A stretch of 60,794 nucleotides of DNA, filler included, from a candidate division TA06 bacterium SM23_40 (GTDB lineage Bacteria > LJUI01 > SM1-40): assembly GCA_001303705.1 (NCBI GenBank). It is 6 parts of 6 records of this genome, joined end to end, with 100 filler letters (N's around TTAATTAATTAA, not from the genome) between each part and the next. Parts side by side here need not be neighbours in the genome. Positions count along the whole stretch, not along the records: positions 26,117 to 31,777 come from LJUI01000189.1; positions 31,878 to 41,506 come from LJUI01000093.1; 4 more parts are not named here. One strand, given 5' to 3'. Position numbers and translations under genes: made by a program. This document shows, one piece after another, positions 29,750 through 40,640 of this stretch. The notes under the pieces were generated by a model. It ran no database searches. It had not been told where the DNA came from and saw nothing but the letters and a program-made list of their open reading frames with translations. Numbering within the stretch: position 1 is the stretch's first letter; each line of letters begins with the position of its first letter.

Positions 29750-29804
29750 TGTTAAGCAAAAGTAGAAATGTCCGGTTCTTAGCAAAATAGAAATGTCCTA
29801 TTTT
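29750..29804 (-). mobile_element. Orphan IS terminal inverted repeat (IS1202/ISNCY-like end), no transposase
   Basis: Begins TGT; two subterminal boxes AGCAAAA(G)TAGAAATGTCC; AT-rich island in GC-rich DNA. Confidence 0.7.
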
Positions 29805-30080
29805 GCCCTGGCACAGACAGCTATTTCGTGCTGGCCGGGCGGGTTCTCGGCGCCCCATCCCCGTTCCACTTAAGGGAGACTGCCCGGTCCCCGGCGGAAC
29901 CCAGATGCCCTGTGCTGCACCCCCGTCGCCCGCCGGGGCTCTCTGTCGTCGCCTTTTCCGGTACCCGATGCCCTTGATGAGGGCAGCCGCAGATATGCCG
30001 ATCTTCCCCTGCCCGGCGTGCGTGTACAGTCCGGGTGGACCACCGTACACATCTCGAAGGACCGCGGTCCAGAATGGCTA

Positions 30081-30956
30081 CTACAGCCCGCGCATCCATT
30101 CCCGTCGCAGGGCTGGCGGTCCCTTGCCCAGACAGTCGTCGATGGCAGACAGCAGGCGCTCCCTGTCGCGGGAGAGGATCCCTGCCAGTGCGACATAGTT
30201 CGATGCGTGGTTGGTGCGGAAGATGGTCCCCCCGAGATCGGTCAGATGATCGACGACGATGCGCATCTCGCCCAGGAGATCGAGCGGGGATGGCAGTGCG
30301 AAGTCGCCACGGCGCTCCTCTTCCCACAGCTCGGTTCCCGGCACTACCATCAGTGTGAGGAGAGAGAAGTATCGAGGAGACATGGCCGCGATCGCCCGAG
30401 CTGTCGCCACCGCGTGCTCCTGCGACCGCTCGGTCCCGCCCAGGCCGAGGAGCCCGATGACCGAGACCTTCATTCCCGCATCCTGTGCCCGCCGTACCGC
30501 CTCGACCATCTCTTCGACCGTGGCGCCCTTGTTCACCCGCTCCAGTACAACATTGTCGCCGCTCTCCAGACCGATGTAGATGATCGAGAGCAGGGCCTTG
30601 CGCAGTTGTACGAGCTCCTCGTGGCTCCGCCCGAGGATGTCCGGGGCGTTGGCATAGGAGCCGATGCGATTGAGCCGTGGGAAGCGTTGCCTCAATGCCG
30701 TGAGGACGGGGAGGAGTCGCCTGTTGCTCAAGACGAGCGCATTACCATCGGCGAGGAAGGCCCGCCGTACCGTGGGCAAGGTGCGGCCGGCGAGCTCGAT
30801 GTCCTCGAACACCTCTGCCGCCGGCCTCATCATGAACGGCTTGTCGAGATAGGTCGGACAGAACGTGCACCGGTTGTGCGAACAGCCATAGGTAACTTGT
30901 AGTATGTAACTCTCTGCCTCGCTCGGAGGCCTGATGACCATACCCTTGTACCGCAT
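30081..30956 (-). CDS. Radical SAM protein of unknown function
   Basis: IRPPSEA..ILQVTYGCSHNRCTFC (CxxxCxxC), FLADGNAL, GLESG, FRTNHASNY. Confidence 0.9.
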   Translation of the reverse strand: MRYKGMVIRPPSEAESYILQVTYGCSHNRCTFCPTYLDKPFMMRPAAEVFEDIELAGRTLPTVRRAFLADGNALVLSNRRLLPVLTALRQRFPRLNRIGSYANAPDILGRSHEELVQLRKALLSIIYIGLESGDNVVLERVNKGATVEEMVEAVRRAQDAGMKVSVIGLLGLGGTERSQEHAVATARAIAAMSPRYFSLLTLMVVPGTELWEEERRGDFALPSPLDLLGEMRIVVDHLTDLGGTIFRTNHASNYVALAGILSRDRERLLSAIDDCLGKGPPALRREWMRGL

Positions 30957-31024
30957 CCTGGCTCTTTAGGCGGGCGTGGCAGGATCACCCACCTGTGCAT
31001 CGGTCCGTGCGGGAGGCGATCCCC

Positions 31025-31777
31025 CTAGGGAAATGCGATCCTGGCCGAGTAGATCTCCCAGTTGCCGTCGCGGTCGTCCTGCCAGACGACATAGGCGTCA
31101 CCATCTCTGTGCGTGACTCTGGGATGGACAGAGAATCCGCCGGCGGCAGTCACTCTCGTATCTTCGCTCCACGTCAGGCCGGCGTCCGTGCTCTGCTTGG
31201 CATATATCTCCGCGTTTCCGTCTCGATAGTCCTCCCAGACGACCCAGATCGAATCGCCGGACGCCTCCACATCAGGGAGCCATGCACCGACGCCGCTCTC
31301 CGACAGGGAGACCGCCTGCTCCGGCCAGCTGATCCCTGAATCCGTGCTCCTGCGCCAGTACACCTCCCAGTGTCCCTGCCGATCGTCGCCCCACACGGCA
31401 ATCACGCGGTCGCCGGCCACAGCGAGCCCTGCCCCATGGATCACCCCCTCACCGGCGGTGAGGAAAGTGTCGACAGTCCCTGTCGCGGCAATACGTCTCG
31501 CATACCATGGCACACCATGTCCCGGGGACCGCGCCACAAACAGAGCATGGCGCACGGTATCGGCGATAGCCACCTCCGGACACTCCCGAAGCCTGCCGCC
31601 CCAGGTCTGGACGCGGCGGCGCCGCCACCCGACCCCCAGGCTCTCACGTGAGGCCGCGGCCATCTGGAAGTATGATGCAGCGCTCAGCACCTCGATCTGC
31701 TCTCCCGAGACCGCGACGGCGGGCTCCCCATGGATCATCATCAGCTTCGGCTTGGTCGGGACGACCGTCGGGCTCCA
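31025..31777 (-). CDS. Sialidase/BNR (Asp-box) repeat protein, C-terminal part
   Basis: VWxDxRxGxxEIY..xSTDxGxxW repeats; frame open to the contig end. Confidence 0.75.
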   Translation of the reverse strand, partial: WSPTVVPTKPKLMMIHGEPAVAVSGEQIEVLSAASYFQMAAASRESLGVGWRRRRVQTWGGRLRECPEVAIADTVRHALFVARSPGHGVPWYARRIAATGTVDTFLTAGEGVIHGAGLAVAGDRVIAVWGDDRQGHWEVYWRRSTDSGISWPEQAVSLSESGVGAWLPDVEASGDSIWVVWEDYRDGNAEIYAKQSTDAGLTWSEDTRVTAAGGFSVHPRVTHRDGDAYVVWQDDRDGNWEIYSARIAFP

Positions 31778-31877
31778 NNNNNNNNNNNNNNNNNNNNNNN
31801 NNNNNNNNNNNNNNNNNNNNNTTAATTAATTAANNNNNNNNNNNNNNNNNNNNNNNNNNNNNNNNNNNNNNNNNNNN
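31778..31877. other. Artificial contig spacer
   Basis: N44-TTAATTAATTAA-N44. Confidence 0.98.
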
Positions 31878-32826
31878 CGACGACGAGCGCCTGTGGATCG
31901 GCGTTACCTACGTCCTCAGACGCGCAGATGACGATGCGCCTGGCGATGAACCGGGGATCCTCGCCTGCATAAAGCATCTTGGCGAGCCAGTATATCGTCG
32001 CATCGGGGTCGGAGCCGCGCATACTCTTGATGAACGCTGAAATCGTGTCGTAGTGCTGGTCTCCGTCGCGATCGTACAGCACGGCCTTCGCCTGTACCGA
32101 CTCCTCCGCAGTACCGAGATCGATGAGAATCTTCCCATCCCGCCCCGCTGGAGTCGAAAGCGCCGCTACCTCGAGGGCGGTCAGCACACGACGGGCGTCG
32201 CCCTCCGCCCGATCTATGATGTGGCGAAGTGCCTCATCTGCGATCTCGACATCCATCGATCCGAGCCCGCGCTCCGGGTCCTCGAGAGCGCGCTTGGCGA
32301 TGGTACGGAGATCCTCTGCCGAGAGTGGATGCAGCTCGAATATCTGGGACCGCGAGAGAAGCGGCGACACAATCGCAAAGAACGGGTTATGGACGGTGGC
32401 GCCGATGAGAACGACGTGCCCGTTCTCAATCTCCGGGAGCAGAGCATCCTGCTGAGCCCGGTTGAATCGGTGCACCTCGTCGATAAACAGAATCGTCTTC
32501 CCGACGCCCGCAGCGAGGCGGTGCCGTGCCGCATGAGCGACCTTCCTGATGTCCGCCACTCCCGCCGTCACCGCATTGAGGCGGACGAAGTGCGACTTCG
32601 TCGTATTCGCTACGCAGTGGGCCAAAGACGTCTTGCCGCTGCCGGGGGGACCGTACAGGAGCAGCGAACATATCCTGTCGCTCTCGATCAGGCGTCGGAG
32701 CAGCCGCCCCTCGCCAAGTATGTGTTCCTGCCCGACGAATTCGCTCAGATCTCTCGGACACATGCGCCTGGCGAGCGGTGCATCTGCCATGCTCTCTTCT
32801 TCCGGCTGTGAGAACAGATCTTCCAT
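31878..32826 (-). CDS. rarA: Replication-associated recombination protein A (3' end truncated)
   Basis: GPPGSGKTS, LFIDEVHRFNRAQQDALL, HYDTISAFIKSMRGSDPDA, ASEDVGNADP. Confidence 0.95.
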
Positions 32827-32864
32827 CGTCCTTCCAATGAGCGCCGCGACTCGGCAAAAGAAAA

Positions 32865-33048
32865 AAGTTCCCCGCCACAGTGCCGTGAGTCGGAGAGTCT
32901 TTGAACCTATTCCTCAGGGTGGGTGCTCTCCCTGGTGCTTTATGCGTCCCTCGCGAGAGGGCATGCACTACACCCCAGGAGACGAACTCCCCGATCATAG
33001 GTGTTGGCTCAAAATCTTTCCGTCCAACACGAACACGGCAGGGAACTT
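32865..33048 (-). ncRNA. ssrS: 6S RNA
   Basis: ~184 nt directly after zapA; closing stem AAGTTCCCTGCC/GGCGGGGAACTT, TGAGCC..AGGTTCAA pairing, CCCACC motif; has its own promoter. Confidence 0.85.
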
Positions 33049-33069
33049 GTAATGAACCTTGTCTAGTAA

Positions 33070-33098
33070 ATTATAGCAAATCCTGCTCACATATGCAA
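33070..33098 (-). promoter_or_regulatory. sigma70 promoter of 6S RNA
   Basis: TTGCAT-17 bp-TATAAT with an extended -10 TG. Confidence 0.75.
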
Positions 33099-33121
33099 GC
33101 GGAAAAAAGGGGCCATTCCTG

Positions 33122-33415
33122 CTAGCTCCTCGCCTCCCGCAGTCTCGCTGCCAGCCGGTCGATGCGGCTGTTGGCCGATTCGATCAGCCGCTCTTTTCCG
33201 CTACGTTCTCGAAAGAGCTCGTCAGTAACATGCAGCGCAACCAGAATGGCGAGTTTCGTCGTAGAGGCCGATGCCTGACGGGATCCGATGTCCCGCATCT
33301 TCTCATCGACGTATCTCGCCACCTCCAGCATGTACTCCGGCTTCACGTCTCCCCTGATCTGATAGACGTTGCCGAATATCTGTACGCTCGTGCTCTTCCT
33401 TCCACCTGCCTCCAT
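33122..33415 (-). CDS. zapA: Cell division protein ZapA
   Basis: VQIFGNVYQIRG...VARYVDEKMRDI...KLAILVALHVTDELF. Confidence 0.9.
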   Translation of the reverse strand: MEAGGRKSTSVQIFGNVYQIRGDVKPEYMLEVARYVDEKMRDIGSRQASASTTKLAILVALHVTDELFRERSGKERLIESANSRIDRLAARLREARS

Positions 33416-33473
33416 CTTACGAACCTCTTTATGTGTGAGCAGAAATCGCTGTCAGGTCCAAGAAATTCCCTCG

Positions 33474-33716
33474 TCACTGCGACGATATTGCATTACCCAG
33501 TATGTCTATTCGCTCAAGAACTGCCTCGACTCGTCTGGTCGTCTCCTCCTTTACCGTTCTGAGGCGTTTCAGTTCCTCACGGAGTGTCTCGACGTGTGTC
33601 TCGAGCTCTTCTACTTGACGTTCGAGTGCCACCTTCTCCTCTCGGAGAAGGCCCAAAAGCTCAATGCTTCGTGCTACTTCTTCTTCTAATGCTTCGAGTT
33701 CTATCTGCTTTTCCAT
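33474..33716 (-). CDS. ZapB-like coiled-coil protein
   Basis: 80-aa heptad coiled coil between pheT and zapA. Confidence 0.7.
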   Translation of the reverse strand: MEKQIELEALEEEVARSIELLGLLREEKVALERQVEELETHVETLREELKRLRTVKEETTRRVEAVLERIDILGNAISSQ

Positions 33717-33758
33717 CTCTCACCGCTTCGACGTTTGCATTGGCAAGTCGGGTTCGCA

Positions 33759-35876
33759 CTATGCTGGCGTCGCCCCCCTCACCGCGGCACCCCATCTCTC
33801 GCGAAGAAGATCAACGACGGCGGCAGAGGCTGCATCGATCTCTTCATCGGTCAGTGTCCTGTCCGCAGCTCGGAAGCTGAGCGAGAACGCAACGCTCTTC
33901 GAGCCTGTGGGCAGCTGCTCACCGCGATAGACATCGAAGACCTGTATCCGTTCCAGATGGTTCCCGGCAGCCTCGCGTATGCCATCGAGCAGATCCCCCA
34001 CCGGGATCGACTCCTCAACGACAAACGCTACGTCCCGAACTGCAGCGGGATACCGCGTAATCTTCTCGTAGAGCCTGACCTCGCCAGCGCGTCGGATCAG
34101 ACCTTCCACATCAGCATCTAATACGTACACCGGTCCCGCCAGGTCGAACGCCCTGACGACGGACGAGGCGAGTTCTCCGAACGAACCGATCACCTCGCCG
34201 TCAAGCTCCAGATGAGCGCTCTGACCGGGCGCGTAGAGTGGATCATCACCCGGGACGATCTCGCACCCGCCAATCCGCAGGCCGTCGAGGACACCCTCGA
34301 TCAGACCCTTGAGATCGTAGAATCCCACGGGGGCAGGATCCCGACCCCAGAAAGGCGCATCGCACACCCCCATAAGAAGGACCCCAAGACGAACGCGTTC
34401 GAGGGGAAGCTCATCCGTCCCCTGTGAGAAGAAGACTTTGCCGATCTCGAACAACCTCAGATTGTCGGCTCTTCGATGCTGATTCGTGACAGCTGCCCTT
34501 AAGAGTCCGGGAATAAGCGAGGTCCGGAGGACACTCAGCTCTTCACTGAGTGGATTCCTCAGCCGAATCGTCGACCGTCTTTCGTCATCCGGACCGAGGT
34601 TCAGGAGATCGATCTTGCGAGGGTCGATAAATGAATAGCTGATGACCTCGAGACATCCCTGGGCAACGAGCAGCTCACAGAGCCTCTGCGTCTCTTTGTC
34701 TTCCCGCTCACGGCGGGCAGGCACGAATTCGCGCACTCGATGCCTGGAAGGGATGTTGGCATATCCGTACAGCCTCCCCGCCTCCTCGACGAGGTCGATC
34801 TCCCGGCTGATGTCGCGCCGGAAACTGGGAACGACCACCGACATAGTGCCATCCGGGGCAGAGGCGGTATCCGTGACTCTGAATCCCAATCGCTCCAGGA
34901 GACGCGCGGTCTCGCCCGCTGTCAGATCGATCCCGAGGATCTGGTTCACCTTTGCCTGTCTGATGACGATGACATTCTCGGGACGCGGCAACGGATGGCA
35001 ATCGATCCTGCCTCTTACCACTGTGCCCCCGGCAAGCTCTTCGATCAAAGCCGCCGCGCGGTCAATCGCGCTAATGACGGCCTCCGGGTCTCCTCCTCGT
35101 TCGAACCGAAACGATGCCTCGGTCTCCAACTTGAGCGCCTTCGATCCCCGCCTGATCACGACGGGATCGAACAGCGCACTCTCCAGCAACACATTCCTGG
35201 TTTTGGGCTTGATCTCCGTTTCTCGACCTCCCATGATGCCCGCGAGCGCAACCGGACGCTCTGCGTCGGCGATCACGAGCAGGTCACTCGTCAGCGTCCT
35301 CTCCACATCGTCGATGGTCACGATCTGCTCACCAGGACGCGCCCGCCGTACCACAATGCGCTTCTCTATCAACTCATCGAAATCGAAGGGGTGAAGCGGT
35401 TGCCCATATTCCATCAAGACATAGTTCGTGATGTCCACGACATTATTGAGCGGCCGCATCCCCACGAGCTCGAGTCGGCGCGCGAGCCAGGGCGGCGACG
35501 GTCCAACTTCAACGTCAGTAATGAGCCGAGCACAATAGCGAGGACATCCCCGTGCGTCCTGGACGTCGACAGATGTCAGCGCATCAATCGTCTGCTCTGC
35601 CTCCCGGATAGGCGCAGGAGGAAGGGTCAGAGTGCGCCCGCTGATCGCGGCCACCTCACGGGCCACGCCGATAATGCCCAGCAGATCGGGGCGGTTTGCC
35701 GTCACCTCCAGATCGAGAACGACTCCTTCATCCCCGTTCTCGACAGATGTGGACTCGACGGCCCCCACCTCGACCCCTATATCGGACAGGGCCCATGCCA
35801 GCTCCCCCGAGGAGAGCGGAGCATCGACGTATTCCTTAAGCCAATCGTACGGTACTCTGAACACCCTATATCCCAC
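33759..35876 (-). CDS. pheT: Phenylalanine--tRNA ligase beta subunit (short form)
   Basis: WLKEYV, EVTANRPDLLG, NNVVDITNYVLMEYGQPLHPFD, RFERG, FDVYRG...KSVAF. Confidence 0.95.
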   Translation of the reverse strand: MGYRVFRVPYDWLKEYVDAPLSSGELAWALSDIGVEVGAVESTSVENGDEGVVLDLEVTANRPDLLGIIGVAREVAAISGRTLTLPPAPIREAEQTIDALTSVDVQDARGCPRYCARLITDVEVGPSPPWLARRLELVGMRPLNNVVDITNYVLMEYGQPLHPFDFDELIEKRIVVRRARPGEQIVTIDDVERTLTSDLLVIADAERPVALAGIMGGRETEIKPKTRNVLLESALFDPVVIRRGSKALKLETEASFRFERGGDPEAVISAIDRAAALIEELAGGTVVRGRIDCHPLPRPENVIVIRQAKVNQILGIDLTAGETARLLERLGFRVTDTASAPDGTMSVVVPSFRRDISREIDLVEEAGRLYGYANIPSRHRVREFVPARREREDKETQRLCELLVAQGCLEVISYSFIDPRKIDLLNLGPDDERRSTIRLRNPLSEELSVLRTSLIPGLLRAAVTNQHRRADNLRLFEIGKVFFSQGTDELPLERVRLGVLLMGVCDAPFWGRDPAPVGFYDLKGLIEGVLDGLRIGGCEIVPGDDPLYAPGQSAHLELDGEVIGSFGELASSVVRAFDLAGPVYVLDADVEGLIRRAGEVRLYEKITRYPAAVRDVAFVVEESIPVGDLLDGIREAAGNHLERIQVFDVYRGEQLPTGSKSVAFSLSFRAADRTLTDEEIDAASAAVVDLLRERWGAAVRGATPA

Positions 35877-35884
35877 CCATATTA

Positions 35885-36910
35885 TCAGAACTGCCGAAGA
35901 AAACGCACATCGTTTTCATAGAAGAGGCGGATATCATCGATGCGGTGTTTGAGCATTAAGACCCGCTCCACCCCCATGCCGAATGCGAATCCTGTCCATT
36001 CCTCCGCATCATACCCAACCGCCTCGAATACCGCTGGGTCGACCATGCCGCACCCCAGTATCTCCACCCAGCCGCTGTGACAGACACGACACCCTGTCCC
36101 CCCACAAATGGTACAGGAGATATACATCTCCGCGCTCGGCTCGGTGAACGGGAAGTATGAGGGTACGAACCGTGACTTCACATCGTCGCCGTACACCGCT
36201 GCGGCAAAGAGCTCCAGGGTCCCTTTCAGATCGCCCAGCGACACATCTCTGTCGACGTACAGGCCCTCGATCTGGTGGAGGTTGGGCGCATGGGAGGCAT
36301 CTAGATCAACTCGATAACACCGCCCGGGGGTGATGATACGTATCGGCGGCTTCTCTCTCTCCATGACGCGGATCTGGACCGGAGATGTGTGGGTGCGAAG
36401 GAGCATCGTGTCGGTTATGAAGAATGTGCTCCACATATCCCGGGCCGGATGATCTGCCGGCATGTTCAGCGCTTCGAAGTTATAATAGTCCCACTCGACA
36501 TCCGGGCCGACAGCGATCGAGAATCCCATGCGCAGAAAGACATCGACGATCTCCTGAAGGCCCTGACTAAGCGGGTGCTTGTGCCCAAGCCAGGTCTTCC
36601 TCCCGGGCAGCGTCACATCGAGCTGCGCGGCCTGACCCTCCACCCGCCGCGCCATCTCCTCTGTGATCTGGCGGGTCCGCTCCTCGATCCGCTGCCCGAG
36701 AAGCGCCTTCAGCCGATTCGCTTCCTTTCCAACGGAGCGACGCTCCTCGGCGGGCATGCTTGCCAGGCTGCGCAGGATCCCTGTGAGGCTGCCCTTCCTC
36801 CCCAGATATCGCACCCTGACCTGGTCGAGCTCATGAAGCGTGGATGCGCCCTCGATTCCTTTGGACGCCTCCTGCTCGATAGATGCGAGAGATTCAATCG
36901 CAGCCTTCAT
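35885..36910 (-). CDS. pheS: Phenylalanine--tRNA ligase alpha subunit
   Basis: HPARDM, LLRTHTSPVQIR, YFPFTEPSAE, GFAFGMGVER. Confidence 0.97.
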   Translation of the reverse strand: MKAAIESLASIEQEASKGIEGASTLHELDQVRVRYLGRKGSLTGILRSLASMPAEERRSVGKEANRLKALLGQRIEERTRQITEEMARRVEGQAAQLDVTLPGRKTWLGHKHPLSQGLQEIVDVFLRMGFSIAVGPDVEWDYYNFEALNMPADHPARDMWSTFFITDTMLLRTHTSPVQIRVMEREKPPIRIITPGRCYRVDLDASHAPNLHQIEGLYVDRDVSLGDLKGTLELFAAAVYGDDVKSRFVPSYFPFTEPSAEMYISCTICGGTGCRVCHSGWVEILGCGMVDPAVFEAVGYDAEEWTGFAFGMGVERVLMLKHRIDDIRLFYENDVRFLRQF

Positions 36911-37278
36911 GCGTGCTGCTCCCTATCCAACGCCCCCTTCGCGATCTCGGCGAGCTGATCGAAGGCCTGAGGATCGCGGACTGCCAGATCGGCGAGCATC
37001 TTACGATCCATTGTCACCTCAGCCCGCTTCAGGCCGTTGATGAGAGATGCGTAGGTAAGCCCCCGCAGCCTCGCCGCCGCATTGACCCGTATGATCCACA
37101 GCCGCCGGAAGTCGCGCTTTCTCCTCCTTCGATCCCGGTAGGCGTACTGTCCAGCGCGCATCACGCTCTCTTTGGCAGTCCTGTACAGCCGATGCTTCCC
37201 CCCCCAGTACCCTTTTGCCTGGCGTAGTGTTCTCCGTTTGCGTCTATGTGAAGCAACCTGTGATCGCACCCTCGGCAT
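36907..37278 (-). CDS. rplT: 50S ribosomal protein L20
   Basis: MPRV, AKGYWG, YAYRDRRRRKRDFRRLWIIRVNAA, DRKMLADLA. Confidence 0.97.
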   Translation of the reverse strand: MPRVRSQVASHRRKRRTLRQAKGYWGGKHRLYRTAKESVMRAGQYAYRDRRRRKRDFRRLWIIRVNAAARLRGLTYASLINGLKRAEVTMDRKMLADLAVRDPQAFDQLAEIAKGALDREQHA

Positions 37279-37314
37279 CGAACAACCTCACTTGACTGAC
37301 TGGAAACAGCCTCT

Positions 37315-37512
37315 TTATAGGTAAGGAATCAGCTTTGAGATACGCTTGACATCGCGTGAATCGACGAGAGCGGCCTTTCGCAAATTGCGTTTCCGCTTCC
37401 TCGTCTTCTTGTTGAGAATATGACTCTTGTACGCTTTTCTCCGCACAACCTTACCGCGCGCTGTCCGCTTGAACCGTTTGGCAGCGCCGCGGTTTGTCTT
37501 CATCTTCGGCAC
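37315..37512 (-). CDS. rpmI: 50S ribosomal protein L35
   Basis: GTG start, [14 protein letters not shown]...SHIL.KK..KRKRNLR. Confidence 0.95.
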   Translation of the reverse strand: MPKMKTNRGAAKRFKRTARGKVVRRKAYKSHILNKKTRKRKRNLRKAALVDSRDVKRISKLIPYL

Positions 37513-37529
37513 GCCCAAACCCCCTTTTA

Positions 37530-38039
<510 letters not shown>

Positions 38040-38079
38040 CGTATCTCACCCCCTTGTCGAACCAAAACGTCGAACATGT

Positions 38080-40062
38080 TCACCGGCGAGCGGCCGCTTC
38101 ATCGGTAAGCCGCTGCACCGCCGCCGCCAGATCGACGGGTCCTAGATCTCCTTCTCCATGTTTGCGCAGAGAGACATGTCTTGCTGCCTGCTCCCGCTTG
38201 CCGACGATTAACATATACGGGATCTTCATCCTCTCCGCTTCGCTTATCTTATAGCCGACCTTCTCGTTGCGGTCGTCGAGCTCCGTACGCAGCCCGGCTC
38301 CCACGAGCGCCTCGTAGACCTCCGCTGCGTACGCATGCTGATCATCGGTAATCGGCAGGACGCGCGCCTGCACCGGTGCCAGCCACAGCGGGAACGCTCC
38401 CCCATAATGCTCGATAAGGACCCCGATGAATCGCTCCAGGGAACCGAAGAGCGCACGGTGCACCATCACGACGTGGTGCGAGTGACCATCCTGCCCGACG
38501 TAGCGTACATCGAATCGCTGCGGCATGTTGAAATCGAACTGAATCGTGCTGCACTGCCAGCGCCGCCCCAGGCTATCGAGCAAGTGGATATCGATCTTTG
38601 GTCCGTAGAAGACGGCCTCCCCCTCTTTCCTCTCGAAGTCGAGCCCCTTCCCCCGAATCGCCTCCTCGAGCACCGACTCTGCACGCTCCCAATCCTCTGG
38701 ACTGCCCGCATAGGCCTCGGGCGCGGGATCCCGCACACTCAGATCGACCTCGAACTGGTCAAACCCGAATGTGTGGAGCAGATATTGAGCGAAGTCTATC
38801 ACTCCGCCGATCTCCTCGGGCAGCTGTTCGGGAGTGCAGTAGATGTGCGCATCATCCTGGGTGATCCCACGCACCCGCATGAGGCCATGGACAACCCCCG
38901 ATCGCTCGTGCCGATAGACCACGCCCAGTTCAGCGAACCTGATCGGAAGCTCACGATAGCTCCGCACACGACTCTGATAGATGAGAATGTGCCCCGGGCA
39001 GTTCATCGGCTTGAGGACATACTCCTCCTCGTCGACATCGAGGACGAACATGTTATCGCGATAAAAGTCGTAATGCCCGGACCTCTGCCACAAGTGTCCT
39101 CTCGCAATGTGGGGACTCACGACCAGCTGATACCCGCGGTTGAGGTGCTCCGCCTTCCACCAATCCTCGATGATCATCCGCAGCAACGCACCCTTGGGGT
39201 GCCAGTAGACAAGTCCACTCCCTCCCTCCGCTTCCATCGAGAAGAGATCGAGCTCAGTGCCCAGACGCCGGTGGTCACGCCGCTTCGCTTCCTCCAGCCG
39301 TTCGAGGTGGAGTGCCAGATCCTCTTCCGACTCGTAGGCGGTACCGTAAATCCGCTGGAGCATCGGCCTCCGTTCATCTCCCCGCCAGTAGGCGCCGGCT
39401 GCCGATAGAAGCTTGAACGCTTTCACCCTTCCGGTCGAAGGAAGGTGCGGTCCCCGACAGAGGTCGACGAAGTCTCCGTGACGATAGAGGGTCACTTCGT
39501 GATCGGGAAGATCCTCGAGTAGCTCCACCTTGTACGTCTCCCCCTGCTCTCGGAACTGCACAATCGCCGCCTCGCGGCTCGCCACGTCCCGTTCGAAAGG
39601 TATGTCGTCGGCGACTATCTCGGCCATGCGCTTCTCGATGCGCTCCAGATCCTCGGGCGTGAACGGTCGCGCAACATCGAAATCGTAGTAGAATCCGTCC
39701 GCGATCGCGGGCCCGATCGCCAGCTTTGCCTCCGGGAACAGATCTCTGACCGCCTGCGCCATAATGTGAGATGCGCTGTGGGAGAAGACCTCTCTCCCCT
39801 CGGGATCGTCGAAACTGAGCGGCTTGAGGGCGACGTCCTCGGTAATCGGAGCCGAGAGATCGACGACGCGGCCGTCGAGTTTTCCCGCGACAGCCCGGCC
39901 CAGATCAGCTCCCCCCCACGCCTCGAGTGCCTCTCGTACGGAGATACCCCTGGGATGGCGGCTCTGCGACCCATCTGAGAATGTGATTTCGATCGAGTCC
40001 GTAGCCCGTTCTGTATCTGCCCTTGCCATGGTCTTCTGTCCTTCCATGCCGATCCTCTCCAT
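38080..40062 (-). CDS. thrS: Threonine--tRNA ligase
   Basis: HSASHIMAQAV, DLCRGPH, RDHRRLG, LKPMNCPGH, FYGPKID, MVHRALFGSLERF. Confidence 0.97.
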   Translation of the reverse strand: MERIGMEGQKTMARADTERATDSIEITFSDGSQSRHPRGISVREALEAWGGADLGRAVAGKLDGRVVDLSAPITEDVALKPLSFDDPEGREVFSHSASHIMAQAVRDLFPEAKLAIGPAIADGFYYDFDVARPFTPEDLERIEKRMAEIVADDIPFERDVASREAAIVQFREQGETYKVELLEDLPDHEVTLYRHGDFVDLCRGPHLPSTGRVKAFKLLSAAGAYWRGDERRPMLQRIYGTAYESEEDLALHLERLEEAKRRDHRRLGTELDLFSMEAEGGSGLVYWHPKGALLRMIIEDWWKAEHLNRGYQLVVSPHIARGHLWQRSGHYDFYRDNMFVLDVDEEEYVLKPMNCPGHILIYQSRVRSYRELPIRFAELGVVYRHERSGVVHGLMRVRGITQDDAHIYCTPEQLPEEIGGVIDFAQYLLHTFGFDQFEVDLSVRDPAPEAYAGSPEDWERAESVLEEAIRGKGLDFERKEGEAVFYGPKIDIHLLDSLGRRWQCSTIQFDFNMPQRFDVRYVGQDGHSHHVVMVHRALFGSLERFIGVLIEHYGGAFPLWLAPVQARVLPITDDQHAYAAEVYEALVGAGLRTELDDRNEKVGYKISEAERMKIPYMLIVGKREQAARHVSLRKHGEGDLGPVDLAAAVQRLTDEAAARR

Positions 40063-40307
40063 GCGCTATCTTCCAATTCATTATTGCATAAAGGCCCCTG
40101 GAGTGCAACCCCATTATAATGCATCCCCGTAATTCGGGCCGCACACGGAAGATAGGCCTGGGGACCGGCATGCCGGATGTCTTCGCGGTCCGAGCCGACG
40201 CAGGTACGGCGGCAGTCAACCCGGCACACCACACTCCGGGCACCCATCTCTGTGCTAGTGGCCCAATGGCATCTGGGCCACGGGCCAGCACTGAGAGCGA
40301 GTGAGCG

Positions 40308-40385
<78 letters not shown>

Positions 40386-40392
40386 CGGCACC

Positions 40393-40422
40393 ACTATGTT
40401 GGAAATCGAGCCCCATTGTCAA
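40393..40422 (-). promoter_or_regulatory. sigma70 promoter of tRNA-Val
   Basis: TTGACA-18 bp-CATAGT immediately upstream of the tRNA. Confidence 0.6.
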
Positions 40423-40611
40423 GCGAAAAAGTGCCATATCCAGGCAGATTCCGACACACCTATCCCTGGTATTGGCATGCCGTCTCCAGAGGTTGGCCGA
40501 TCGTCACCATCACTGGCAGACAGCAGCCCTGCCGACGGCAGATCAGAACACCTCTATATCGAGAAGATTCGTGCACCTCCATGTTCCGTTGACACGCTGC
40601 CAGAATTGATC

Positions 40612-40640
40612 TTGACAACGCCCGGGTTTTGTGATATCCT
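40612..40640 (+). promoter_or_regulatory. sigma70 promoter, divergent from tRNA-Val
   Basis: TTGACA-17 bp-TATCCT with an extended -10 TG. Confidence 0.6.

Noticed and set aside
29730..30050. 106-aa ORF as a transposase
   Set aside because: Only its last residues, overlapping the IS end, look transposase-like; no DDE or HTH content.
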